Source: Poseidonia sp. (GTDB lineage: Archaea > Thermoplasmatota > Poseidoniia > Poseidoniales > Poseidoniaceae). From it: 64,000 bases of DNA. The notes under the pieces were generated by a model that was not told the origin of the DNA, searched no databases, and saw nothing but the letters and a program-made list of their open reading frames with translations. Location: positions 2,514-66,513 of the forward strand of contig JBMZXF010000005.1 in NCBI GenBank assembly GCA_049627345.1, read 5' to 3'. Numbering within the stretch: position 1 is the first letter of the stretch; every line of letters begins with the position of its first letter. Positions 1-9,579 of the stretch are shown piece after piece. Both the position numbers and the translations under genes were made by a program.

Positions 1-2884
1 TGATGGCCTCAGTCCCTCGATTGGCGACCAAATCAGCATTTTTCATCATCCGGTCCTGCTCTTTCTGGTCGTCAGACGAGACCCATTTCTCGAGCATCTC
101 CTGCAGCCCTTCGCGGGCACAAGCGAGGCGCTTTCCGCCGCACTTGAGGCAGGTGCCCGGTCGGTCCATGGATTCGAATCGGGCAACGCGAAAGCGACGA
201 ATGCCGTGGCATCGCAAACAGCACAGCACCGCACGTTCGTTGGTGAGGCGGCCGCGCAGACGCTCTCGCAGGGCCGCATTGTCCCAGTTGGGCAAGAGCA
301 TGTCGTCTTGGGTGCGGTTGGACAGGCCCAGCGGGCCCTGCGCCGTGATCTCAAGTGAGAGCACACCGGACTGAAGGCCTCTCAGCACGTCGGTAGCACC
401 TTTCACGTCCATGCGCTCGTGGAAGAGTTTCGAAAGCACCTCTTCCATGACGACGGTCCCGCGGTATTTGCGAAGCAGGGCTTGGAGGTTGATGCGACGC
501 GGGTCGACGCCGTGGCGCAAGATGCCGAAGATTTTGGCCACCTGCGCAAATCGCCACCTCACTTGACGGGAATTCGGGACGGTGATGCTGAGCAGTTGTT
601 CGATGGCTTCTGGCGGCGTTTCCATCAGCCAGCTCACGATGTCCTCGGGGCGTACACCGCCGACCTGAAGCGCAATGCGGGTGGGCTCGACGATGAGGCG
701 CCCCCAACTTCCCGATTTGGTCGAGGCCATGGCGAGCAGGAAGTTGCCCAAGGCCTCGTTGATCTTTGAGCCCTGGCAGCAGTTCAGGACAAAGGCGTCG
801 TCGCGCTCCTCCAGCGTCATCTTCCGGTCGGTGGGCAACGTGCCCGTGGCCTCAACATGAGCGGCGATGGTTTCGGCGAGCATGCTTCTGGCCTCGTCAT
901 CGAGCGGGTAGTCCAGCAGCCCTGCCGTTCGTGGCGGAACCAAGGCCAGGGGGTCCAATTCGGGTTGTTGCGGAGCCTCGAGCAGGCCGAGGTCGTGAGC
1001 GATGAGGTGGCGAAGGTAGCCGACGTCGCGAGCCACGGATTCAGGCACGGGCGGTAATTCACCCAGCCACTGAGGTGCTTTGCCGTGGTCGCTCACGGGC
1101 GCTACGAGCAATTCGGATTGCTCCGGGTCAGCGTCCACAATGAGCCACGTCCGCCCTGCGATGACGAAGCGCCGAGGCGTTCCATCATCGTCTTCGCCAG
1201 CATCGTTGAGGCTGAGAACGAAGGCTTCGTCCACGTTGCCGAGGCTGCGTCGAGTGACGGCATCGCGGACGCGGTAGGTCTTCTTGTCGGGAATCATCGA
1301 CAGGTGATTGGACACCCATTCGCGCGTCTTTCCTGCCGTGGACAACCAGCCTCGAGCAAAGCGCTTCGGGACATCCACCGTTCGTTCGGTGTAGATACGT
1401 GGAATCGCTTCGTCGGGCGTGTTGTAGAGCGGCAGTTCTTCGGGAAGTTCCTCGCCTCGAGCGAGGGCTTCCTCACGGGCGACCTGGTAGACGGCCTTCG
1501 GCCAGCGGTACCAAGGGACTTCGCTGGGCACCGGCGTGAACCGCAACACCCAGCGTTCGGCGAGCACCTGCAAGATGGCCTCGGTATCAGCCCGCTGCCA
1601 GCCCTCGAACTGAGGCGCTGCTGCGAGAAGGCGGGTGGCTTCGTCGATGCTGACCGCCTTGAAACAGTGCACCATCAACACCAGTTGATTGGCAGCGATG
1701 ACACCCGGGCGTGGGCGCCAGACCACCGGTTCAATGTCGCCCACCATGGCTCGCTGGGCCACGACCGCCGACTCGAGCAGATGGTCAACGTCCCATGAAA
1801 CGACGTGGCCACGGCCCACCCCGCCCAACCTGTGGTCGGCTCGCCCCACGCGCTGCAGCATGCGGTCGACCGATTTGGGTGAATGAACCTGCACGATGCG
1901 GCGGACGCTCCCCACGTCAATGCCGAGTTCAAGGCTGGAGGTGCACACCAATCCCGAGAGGCTCCCGTCTCGCAACTCATCTTCCATTTGCTGACGCGTC
2001 TCGGCCGCCAGCGACCCGTGATGCACGCCGATCTTGAGGTCGGGTGCCATCGCCTGAAGCCGCGTGGACAAGGTCTCGGCGTCGCTTCGACTGTTCACGA
2101 ACACCAAACAGGGCGATTGGGTTCGCAAAATGTGGCAGAGATGGCGGTAAGCGGCATGCTGCTTGGGACTGAGGGCCGCGTCAATGGCGCCGATTTCATC
2201 CTCGGGAAGCGGCGTGGGCGATTCAACCGTGAGTTTCGTAATGCGCTGACCCGTCGTGATGAGCGGTTTGGCCTTGCCGGGTGAAAGCCAGTGAGCGACG
2301 GCATCGGGGTTGCCAACCGTCGCCGAAAGTCCCAGCCGCTGAACGGGCCGACCAGTGAGGGCCTCAAGGCGAGAAAGCCCCACGCCGAGTTGCCAACCCC
2401 GCTCCGAAGCGGCCAAATCGTGGACTTCGTCCACCACCACGGCTTGAACCGTGCTCAACATGGCGCGCAAATTTTTGCCGCTGAACATGAGCTGGAAGGT
2501 CTCGGGCGTGGTCACCAAGAGGTTCGGTGGTTTCCGCGTTTGTTTGGCACGTTGCGCTTGGGTGGTGTCGCCGTGGCGAACATCGACTCGCAGGCCAACG
2601 GCCTCGGCCAGTTCGGTCAAGCGACGGTCAACGTCCCGATTCAACGCACGAAGCGGTGTGATGTAAAGGATGGACATGGAAGGCCAGCCTTCCTCGAGGC
2701 ACCGATGGAACAGGGGCAGAATACCCGCCATGGTTTTCCCAGAACCGGTGGGGGCGATGACGAGGCGGTCGTGACCTTCCATGACATCGGGCAGGACGTT
2801 CTCTTGGACGGGCGTCGGCTCCCATCCTTTTTCCTCCAGCGCAGCGGCAAGGTTTGGATGGAGCCGGGAGAAGACGCGTGACAT
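1..2884 (-). CDS. lhr: Lhr-like superfamily-2 (DEAD/DEAH-box) ATP-dependent helicase; C-terminus runs off the left window edge
   Basis: Absent from the ORF track because it has no in-window stop. I scanned the minus frame (codon first bases 2884, 2881, ...) from 2884 down to base 2 and saw no stop. An in-frame stop lies upstream at 2951-2953 and the ATG is at 2884-2882. Translation: MSRVFSRLHPNLAAALEEKGWEPTPVQ..., APTGSGKTMAG (Walker A), VVVDEVHDL (DEVH box), LSATVGNP, VHHGSLAAETRQQMEDELRDG, LELGIDVG, QRVGRADH (motif VI). Confidence 0.85.
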   Translation of the reverse strand, partial: MSRVFSRLHPNLAAALEEKGWEPTPVQENVLPDVMEGHDRLVIAPTGSGKTMAGILPLFHRCLEEGWPSMSILYITPLRALNRDVDRRLTELAEAVGLRVDVRHGDTTQAQRAKQTRKPPNLLVTTPETFQLMFSGKNLRAMLSTVQAVVVDEVHDLAASERGWQLGVGLSRLEALTGRPVQRLGLSATVGNPDAVAHWLSPGKAKPLITTGQRITKLTVESPTPLPEDEIGAIDAALSPKQHAAYRHLCHILRTQSPCLVFVNSRSDAETLSTRLQAMAPDLKIGVHHGSLAAETRQQMEDELRDGSLSGLVCTSSLELGIDVGSVRRIVQVHSPKSVDRMLQRVGRADHRLGGVGRGHVVSWDVDHLLESAVVAQRAMVGDIEPVVWRPRPGVIAANQLVLMVHCFKAVSIDEATRLLAAAPQFEGWQRADTEAILQVLAERWVLRFTPVPSEVPWYRWPKAVYQVAREEALARGEELPEELPLYNTPDEAIPRIYTERTVDVPKRFARGWLSTAGKTREWVSNHLSMIPDKKTYRVRDAVTRRSLGNVDEAFVLSLNDAGEDDDGTPRRFVIAGRTWLIVDADPEQSELLVAPVSDHGKAPQWLGELPPVPESVARDVGYLRHLIAHDLGLLEAPQQPELDPLALVPPRTAGLLDYPLDDEARSMLAETIAAHVEATGTLPTDRKMTLEERDDAFVLNCCQGSKINEALGNFLLAMASTKSGSWGRLIVEPTRIALQVGGVRPEDIVSWLMETPPEAIEQLLSITVPNSRQVRWRFAQVAKIFGILRHGVDPRRINLQALLRKYRGTVVMEEVLSKLFHERMDVKGATDVLRGLQSGVLSLEITAQGPLGLSNRTQDDMLLPNWDNAALRERLRGRLTNERAVLCCLRCHGIRRFRVARFESMDRPGTCLKCGGKRLACAREGLQEMLEKWVSSDDQKEQDRMMKNADLVANRGTEAI

Positions 2885-2962
2885 ACTCTCCCCACCCTCG
2901 TGGAGATGGCCTCTGCCCACTGCATTTGAGGATTTGGCTTTCCTCAACGTTCAGCGCAGCGC

Positions 2963-5900
2963 TCAATCGTCGTCGTCGTCAACGTCGTCCTCGTCGTCGT
3001 CCTCGTCGTCGTCTTCCCAGTCCGCTTCGTCCTCGGCAAAGGCACCCTCACCGTAATCGATGGAGGTACGCGTGGCGACCGTGAAGACCACGGCCAAGGT
3101 CATGATGCTCAGGATGGCAAACATCCACGCCAGTGGCTGCTCTCGAACGGAGTCGAACCAACCGAGGTATTGACCGTAAGCGATGGTGACGGCGTGTTCA
3201 GCCGAGTTGTCGTCGTCGTTGGCTTCGGGGACTTCATCCTCGTAATCAACAACGACACGAACGCGGTCCACGTCCTCCGATTCCCAAACGACCGAGACCG
3301 GGTACATTTCGCCAGCATCAATGCCGTTCACGCGAACGACATCAAACGGCTTTTCCGCAGAGCCTGCGAAGAAAGCGACCTTGAACTGCGAAGAGGTGTT
3401 GCCTCCAGCGTTGTAAATCGTGGCCGTGATGTCGATGTTGGCACCGGGGGCGATGTGATCGTCGCTCATCACGATGTTCTTGACCCGCAGTTCGGGACCC
3501 ACAGCGCCCAAACGCACCCACTGACGCTCGAAGTCAATGTCGTCGGAGGCCAATTCAGGGATGGGGCTGGCCTCGGAGTTGGACACGACGGGGAACTGGT
3601 TGCCGGCAGCATCGTAGCCGGTCACGTAGAAACCAACGAAATCGCCGGCCTTGGGGTCGATGGTACCGCCAGCCGTGATGTCAACCACACCCGTCCAAAT
3701 GACGTTCTGGCCGTCCTGCTGCATGCCCAACAAGGTGGAACCTGCACCGATGGTCATGGTTCGAGTAGCGTCTCGCATCACCCAGTGGACCACCTGCTTG
3801 GAGCCGGTCAAATCGGCGTCTTCGGTGCCTTGGAACTCCACTTCGATCTGCGTGAGGTCGTTGGTGGCGGAGATGTCGATGACGTTGAGGGGGGCCACGC
3901 GCCGGGTGACACGCGGCGCTGCGTCGTCGACCACGACCTGGAGCGTGGTGGAGACCAGCGTTCCCGTCATGTCTTCACCACGGCCGGGGATGTTCGTGAT
4001 GGAAATCAGGCAGGTGCGGGAAGGCGAGGATTGCAGCGTCAGCGCAGAGGAGAGCGGCACTTCGACGGCGTAGCCGCCATCGCTGGTCAACGAACCGTCG
4101 GACCAGAGTTTCTCACCGTCAAACACCTCGACGAGGATGCCCACGTCTCGAGGTGCTGGTGTTTGGCTGCCTTCGTAGACGACGCGACCGGTGAAGGCCA
4201 AACGGTCGTCCTTTCGAACACGACTGCCGTCAGCCACCGGGCCCGTACGAGGTTCACTGATGTCCTCGACCGCAAAGTCGGTGGGGGAAAGCATCAGGTC
4301 GTTTTCCACGCGGAAGGTGTGTTCCAACAGCAAAATACGGCTGGGGTCAGAACTGCCCAACTCCTTGTACAGCAAGGCCACATCGCCCATCTCCTCATCG
4401 GGCCAATCCCAACTGAAGGTGAAGTGGAAGTCGAGCAGGATCCACGGCAAACCGGATTCGTTGGTGGTCTGCACCATGCGGCTGGTGGGCAAGAGATGGA
4501 TGTAGGGTGAGTCCGACCAAAAGGTGTTGTTGGTACCGGAATAGGAGATGCTCTGTGCGTCTCGGGCCGGGTTGGGGCCTTCGAAGTCAAACACGAGGGA
4601 GATGAATTCGAAGTCGATGGCGGTGTTGGCATCGATGAAGCCGAGCGAGATGGTTTGCTCCATGCCCGCAAAGACGGCTTCGTTGTCCTCGTGGCCAAAC
4701 CACTCCAAACCGGTGAAGATGGCGGACGAGTCCTTTCGGGTGCGGAAGGTGGCGTCGTCGTAGAGGAAGCCTTCGCTGGACTCGAACCTCAACAGCTCGT
4801 CTTCGTCGTTCATGACGGTGAAGTGGAGCGGGTTGCCGGCTTGGTCGCCACCGTCCCAGAAGTAGGACACGCGTCCCATGTTCGGGTTGCGAGAGGTGTC
4901 AATGGTCGTGATGAACCACTTGGCGCGGGCCTCGGTCGTGTTGGACACCGCCTTGGAGACGTATTCTTCGGGATCGGCCTCGCCGTTGCGGTTGGCGTCG
5001 TGGTCGGCTTCCACCCAGTAGTTGAGCTCGAGTTCCATCGGGTGACCGACCTTGTCTTCGACCAGCACCTGAATCGTTTGCTCGTTGGTCGCTGCCTCGT
5101 ACGCATCGTCAACCGGGACAACCTGCTTGCGCTCTGGATGCGTGGCGTCCACAAGGAACGTGCGGCGCCATTCGCTGTTGGGTTGCTGGACGTGGTCGGG
5201 GTTGCGCTCGTTGTAGGTTTGAACCTCGTAGGTGAGGCCGTCAGGCACGTCGATGGTCGGGAGGTCAATCGGGATGAAGAACGACCCGTTGTTGTTGGTG
5301 GTGTCGCGTGCCGTCGCCTCGACGTAGCCGTTTCGTGAAATGCGAACGTCAAAGGCGCTGTCCTTGGGAGCGTCGTCGGTGTCTTGGAACCACATGGCGC
5401 CCACGAAGTAGAGTTGCTCACCGGCAGCGACCCACGAGCCGTCCTCAACGTCCAACGAGGTCAGCTCGCCGTCGTTGTCGCGAACGTTGAGCCAGCCCAG
5501 ACCAAAGGAGCGGTTGACGCGCAGGCCTTCGGTGGAGGTCAGCGGTTCAGGGGCGAAGCCTGCCGTTCCACTGTCGTCAAGGCAACCGACACGGAAGCGA
5601 ACGTTGTCTTGGTCGGGAAGTTCGCTGGTGATGAAGAACTTCCAGTGAATCTCGAGAATACCGTTGCTCTCCACCGAGTAGGAGGTGGGGTCGACCTCGA
5701 TGTACTGCGCCGGGTCGTTGGGGTCGGGGAACACGTCGCCGTACTGCCAGGAAATCACCGGCCAGTTGGCGGCGCTGCCGGCGGTCATCAGCGTCAGCTC
5801 GGCGCTCACCATGGCGTTCGCCGCTTCACCGATGACGTGGCGGGACACGACCTCGTAGGGCGTGATGCGCTCGTGGAGGATTTCACCCTCGGGGATGGTC

Positions 5901-8041
5901 ATGTCAAGGTTGGTCGTCTGCATCGTGTAGGTGATCTCAAACGAGACGATGGACAGTTTCCCTGCCGATTCTGACGTGAGTTCAACCGGGATGTCAACCG
6001 TACCGGATCCAGTGTTGGGGATGGCGTCGTTGAGTTTCTGCAACAGGGTGTTGCCGGATTGTTGGCTCGTGACCGTCGTCGGCCCGATGAGGGCGCCTGC
6101 TTGTGCGGAGCGCTGCCAAGCGGATGCCCCGTCGATGCTGAGGCCGGGTTGGCGCGGCGCATTGGAGTGAAGCGCGATCGAGAGGTCCGTGATGGAGGGT
6201 GTTGCGCCAGTGGACGACGTGGAGAGCATGATGCGGACACAGAAGTAGTACGAGGAGCCGGTCATCGATTTCGTGGTGTTGGGCGAGGTGTAGGACTGAA
6301 CGCCAGAGCCGCCGGTGCCGCAACTTGAGGAACTGGTCTTGTGGCCGACGTTCACGGTGATGGAGGTCCCCGCAGGCCGCGTTTCGTTCCAGTCCACCGT
6401 GGCGGCAACCACGCTGCTGCTGCCTGAACCGATGTACTGGTAGGCGTAGTAGTAGCCGCTGGTCTGATAGTTGGTCGTGTAGGACAAGACCACATCACCG
6501 AGCACCGGCGTTTTGGAGGCCGTGCCGTTGAGCGTGGCTCGCCATTTGATGGACGTGCCCGAGTTGGCAAAGGTGACCTTCTGGCCGACGCTTCCTGCCT
6601 TCCAGGTGACGCCCCCGTCGTTGGACACGTCCACGCGGACGCTGGTGCCGGTCGGGAAGGAGCCGAAAATACCGTCCACGTCGATGGTGTTGACCGCACG
6701 GGAAATCGACGTCGTTTGACCGACGATCATCTGCGAGGACACCGATGAAGAGCGCACGTCGAAGTGAGCGCCGTCGCCGTAGGTGTGGACCTTGCGCGTG
6801 CCTTGGCTGCAATAACTGGTGCTCGACCAGTGGCAGGAGAACATGACCTTGTTGTCATCGGTGTCGACCATGCCGTAGTGACCGCCACCCGGCATCACAC
6901 GCTCACCCTGGCTGGAGAGCAGGCCGCTGGCCATCGTGTAGTGGAAATGCTTGCTCTTGTAGTCCGTGTTCATGTAGTAGATGTTGTACATGACATTGGG
7001 CATGCTGACCGAAAGGCCTGCGCCGTGGTCGTAGTAGTACGACGTGGAAGTCATGAGCCACGTGCCGGTGACCACGGTTGGCGAGGACGGGTTGACCTCC
7101 TTCAGGTAGTGGTTCTGGGCGGAGGTGTCGTACACGCCGATGTACATCTTGCCGGTGTTATCGTCGAAGTCAACACCCGTGATGTAGTTGGGGTACTGGT
7201 AGTTGTAGGAATTCTTGCACACCCACTGCACTTGGGTGCCTGCCGTGTTCCAACCAACTTCCCACTTGTTCACCATGTAGTAAGAGTAGTGAGCCGTGTA
7301 GACGTTCCCGTTGTAGACCTCTGCGTCGTGGATGCTTCGTGTGGCCGAACTTCCGCACGTTCCGGTGCTGTAGGAGGCCGTGCCCAAATACGCACCCGTG
7401 CTGGCATCGATTCGCATGATGCTTGTGGGGGCGTTGGAGATGTACTGGCTGGAATAACGGATGATGTGAATTTCGGAGTTGTTCACGGGAACCGCTACGC
7501 CCGTGTAGCCCCACGGCGTGTTGCTGGCCGCCGTCAAATCAGCGAATTTCTTGGTCGGGCTGGTGTAGCCTTGGTCGCTCAGGGCCACGAATTCGCCGGT
7601 GGTGTTGAGGTGGGCGTTGCCGAGGGTGGCGACCGAGTTCGAGGAAGAGAAACGGGGCGTGAGTTCCGTGGGGTTGCCTTTCAGCGACATGGTTTGGCTG
7701 GACACCTCAACGTTGTCACGCCGGGCGGTGGTGAACGGAGAGGGCATACCGGCGTTGGAGCTGGTGTAGTCCTGGTCGCCAGCGCCGCCGTAGTGCGAGT
7801 CGGTGGTGAAGTTGGTGTACGTTGAGGTGCTCGCCTCGCCGAGCAGGTTGAAACTGGCCGATTGGACGTTGGCACCGATGGGCATGGTGATGACACCGGC
7901 GGGGCCGGCGCCCTTCTGGGAGAAGGTGTGTTCGTAGGAGGTGGAACCGTCCTTGAACTGCGTTTCCGTGGTCGCTGCAGCGGCCAACGGGGACATGACG
8001 GAGAGCACGAAAAGGAGCGTGAGGAAGATGGCTTGACGCAT
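2963..8041 (-). CDS. Giant secreted, membrane-anchored surface protein (1692 aa) with an Asp-box and a CARDB-like module
   Basis: Long ORF. The likely start is the ATG at 8041 (MRQAIFLTLLFVLSVMSPLAAAATTE, a signal peptide); the track's upstream extension to 8125 looks non-coding. Motifs: Asp-box SNDGGVTW and a CARDB-like stretch IAPGANIDITATIYNAGGNTSS. The C-terminus has a TM helix LAWMFAILSIMTLAVVFTVAT followed by a poly-acidic tail EDDDEDDDEDDVDDDDD. N-x-S/T sequons are very frequent. Confidence 0.9.
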   Translation of the reverse strand: MRQAIFLTLLFVLSVMSPLAAAATTETQFKDGSTSYEHTFSQKGAGPAGVITMPIGANVQSASFNLLGEASTSTYTNFTTDSHYGGAGDQDYTSSNAGMPSPFTTARRDNVEVSSQTMSLKGNPTELTPRFSSSNSVATLGNAHLNTTGEFVALSDQGYTSPTKKFADLTAASNTPWGYTGVAVPVNNSEIHIIRYSSQYISNAPTSIMRIDASTGAYLGTASYSTGTCGSSATRSIHDAEVYNGNVYTAHYSYYMVNKWEVGWNTAGTQVQWVCKNSYNYQYPNYITGVDFDDNTGKMYIGVYDTSAQNHYLKEVNPSSPTVVTGTWLMTSTSYYYDHGAGLSVSMPNVMYNIYYMNTDYKSKHFHYTMASGLLSSQGERVMPGGGHYGMVDTDDNKVMFSCHWSSTSYCSQGTRKVHTYGDGAHFDVRSSSVSSQMIVGQTTSISRAVNTIDVDGIFGSFPTGTSVRVDVSNDGGVTWKAGSVGQKVTFANSGTSIKWRATLNGTASKTPVLGDVVLSYTTNYQTSGYYYAYQYIGSGSSSVVAATVDWNETRPAGTSITVNVGHKTSSSSCGTGGSGVQSYTSPNTTKSMTGSSYYFCVRIMLSTSSTGATPSITDLSIALHSNAPRQPGLSIDGASAWQRSAQAGALIGPTTVTSQQSGNTLLQKLNDAIPNTGSGTVDIPVELTSESAGKLSIVSFEITYTMQTTNLDMTIPEGEILHERITPYEVVSRHVIGEAANAMVSAELTLMTAGSAANWPVISWQYGDVFPDPNDPAQYIEVDPTSYSVESNGILEIHWKFFITSELPDQDNVRFRVGCLDDSGTAGFAPEPLTSTEGLRVNRSFGLGWLNVRDNDGELTSLDVEDGSWVAAGEQLYFVGAMWFQDTDDAPKDSAFDVRISRNGYVEATARDTTNNNGSFFIPIDLPTIDVPDGLTYEVQTYNERNPDHVQQPNSEWRRTFLVDATHPERKQVVPVDDAYEAATNEQTIQVLVEDKVGHPMELELNYWVEADHDANRNGEADPEEYVSKAVSNTTEARAKWFITTIDTSRNPNMGRVSYFWDGGDQAGNPLHFTVMNDEDELLRFESSEGFLYDDATFRTRKDSSAIFTGLEWFGHEDNEAVFAGMEQTISLGFIDANTAIDFEFISLVFDFEGPNPARDAQSISYSGTNNTFWSDSPYIHLLPTSRMVQTTNESGLPWILLDFHFTFSWDWPDEEMGDVALLYKELGSSDPSRILLLEHTFRVENDLMLSPTDFAVEDISEPRTGPVADGSRVRKDDRLAFTGRVVYEGSQTPAPRDVGILVEVFDGEKLWSDGSLTSDGGYAVEVPLSSALTLQSSPSRTCLISITNIPGRGEDMTGTLVSTTLQVVVDDAAPRVTRRVAPLNVIDISATNDLTQIEVEFQGTEDADLTGSKQVVHWVMRDATRTMTIGAGSTLLGMQQDGQNVIWTGVVDITAGGTIDPKAGDFVGFYVTGYDAAGNQFPVVSNSEASPIPELASDDIDFERQWVRLGAVGPELRVKNIVMSDDHIAPGANIDITATIYNAGGNTSSQFKVAFFAGSAEKPFDVVRVNGIDAGEMYPVSVVWESEDVDRVRVVVDYEDEVPEANDDDNSAEHAVTIAYGQYLGWFDSVREQPLAWMFAILSIMTLAVVFTVATRTSIDYGEGAFAEDEADWEDDDEDDDEDDVDDDDD

Positions 8042-8181
8042 GTTGGTCACCCGACTGTATCGATGATGAGTTTCATCGCATTTCAATGATGCCCTCCGGC
8101 GACAGTCGGTCAACGATGCAAGCAACAGCGATTCATGGGAGGATTGAAGGCCTACGGTTCGTTGGTTGGGCCGGTGAAGGC

Positions 8182-8574
8182 ATGAGTGAAGAAGCAGGCT
8201 TCTTTGGGCGACTTTGGGCCAAACAACACGGAAAGCAATTCGGCATCAGCGCTACGGCGACCGGCGCCAGCGGCATCCTTCTCGTGGCTTGCATGTACCA
8301 GATTCTCTTCCTTCAGGACCACGCCGAGTGGAACGAATTTACCGGCGGCGCCATCGTCGGAGCGGTTCTTTCCCTCATCGTGTTTCTCGTCGCTTTCCCG
8401 GAATTCCTGCGTTTCCGCGGCTATGTGGCCCTGCTCGAAGAGATCAAGGAGATTCAATCCACCGCCGAACTGCGCCGTCGAAAAGCTGAGGGTGTCGAAG
8501 CAGCCGAAGCCCTGGGAGCAGGCCACCTTGAGCAGTGGAATGCTTTCCTTGATAAGCGCGGCGTGAAGCGGTAA
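8182..8574 (+). CDS. Small membrane protein, function unknown
   Basis: ATG at 8182 (MSEEAGFF...). Two hydrophobic helices (GASGILLVACMYQILFL; GGAIVGAVLSLIVFLVAFP) and a charged C-terminal helix. Lies 15 nt upstream of the signal peptidase gene on the same strand. Confidence 0.5.
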   Translation: MSEEAGFFGRLWAKQHGKQFGISATATGASGILLVACMYQILFLQDHAEWNEFTGGAIVGAVLSLIVFLVAFPEFLRFRGYVALLEEIKEIQSTAELRRRKAEGVEAAEALGAGHLEQWNAFLDKRGVKR

Positions 8575-8589
8575 GGCTGAGGGCGACCC

Positions 8590-9579
8590 ATGTCCGAGCA
8601 TGATCCACTGCGTTCGCTCGTCCTTGAGATCGGGCTCGCCGTGGCCATGATCGCGTGTTTGGTCGGCGCCATGTACGTCCACACCGGCTCCATGCCGCCC
8701 CTCGTGGTCGTGGAATCAAAGTCCATGATTCACGACGAAGCCGGCGAAATCGGCAGCATTGACGCAGGCGACCTCATCCTCGTTCACAATCAACCAGCGG
8801 AGACCATCGTCACCTATGCCGAAGCAACGGACGAGAACCATCCTGCCTACGGCTACGGCCAACACGGCCTCGAAGGCGATGTCATCATTTACGCCAAGAA
8901 CGGCGAGGGCGGCACGCCCATCATTCACCGGGCCATCATGCGCGTGGTGGCCGAGGAAACCGTCGCACCAAACCGCACCTCGGACAGCCCCTGCCCGGAG
9001 GAAGCCACCTACGACGAACTGCGCGTGGCCGAAGACGGATTACCCGGCTCCTGCATCCTCACCTGGTCGGTGCCCGGCACGAGCGTCACCAACGTCAGGA
9101 ACGTCACCGTGAAGTTTGACGGCACGGACGCTGGCTACTACGATTGCAAACGCCCCGCCCACGGGAACGTGGAGGCGCACCTCGTTGTGTGGCAGTGGGA
9201 ACCCCGCCACGAAGGGATGCTCACGCTTGGCGACAACAACAAGTGTTCCGTGGACCAAGGCGGCGGGGCCACCAACGGGTCGGCCGGTGTTCACAGCGCA
9301 TCGGGCGTTGTCGGCCCCATCCGCGACGACTGGGTCCTCGGGGTGGCCGGCGGCGAAATTCCTTGGCTCGGTACGGTCAAACTGATGGTGGGCGGGCCGG
9401 AATCCTACGGAACCCGCGACGTTCCCTCCATGTCGTTCATCGCCCTGTTTGCCGTGCTGGGTGGCGTGGTGTTCGCACCCGTTGTCAGCGAGAAGGTCTT
9501 CCGCTGGTGGCTGAACCGCTCGCCTGAACTGGTGATGATGGCCAAAACGAGCAGCGATCAGGACGACGAGGCGTCGTGA
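8590..9579 (+). CDS. Signal peptidase I, archaeal/ER Sec11 type (S26B), with large insertion and C-terminal TM
   Basis: N-terminal TM, then VVVESKSM (Ser nucleophile box), GTPIIHRAIMRV (His box) and TLGDNNKCSVD (GDNN Asp box). C-terminal TM FIALFAVLGGVVFAPVV. Confidence 0.8.
   Translation: MSEHDPLRSLVLEIGLAVAMIACLVGAMYVHTGSMPPLVVVESKSMIHDEAGEIGSIDAGDLILVHNQPAETIVTYAEATDENHPAYGYGQHGLEGDVIIYAKNGEGGTPIIHRAIMRVVAEETVAPNRTSDSPCPEEATYDELRVAEDGLPGSCILTWSVPGTSVTNVRNVTVKFDGTDAGYYDCKRPAHGNVEAHLVVWQWEPRHEGMLTLGDNNKCSVDQGGGATNGSAGVHSASGVVGPIRDDWVLGVAGGEIPWLGTVKLMVGGPESYGTRDVPSMSFIALFAVLGGVVFAPVVSEKVFRWWLNRSPELVMMAKTSSDQDDEAS

Noticed and set aside
2966-3010. Short-period DNA repeats (GTC/GTCGTC runs), also at 59854-60858, as a CRISPR or satellite
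   Set aside because: They are in-frame codon repeats for Asp/Glu within long ORFs. They lack the repeat-spacer organisation of a CRISPR array.
3170-4510. A 446-aa plus-strand ORF (and similar ones at 4655-5338, 5384-5974, 6764-7825) inside the giant protein 1 locus
   Set aside because: It is antisense to a 5-kb ORF that has a signal peptide, a TM and recognisable modules. The composition is the G/V/D/H/R-rich pattern typical of reverse-frame translation of GC-rich genes. No motifs were seen.
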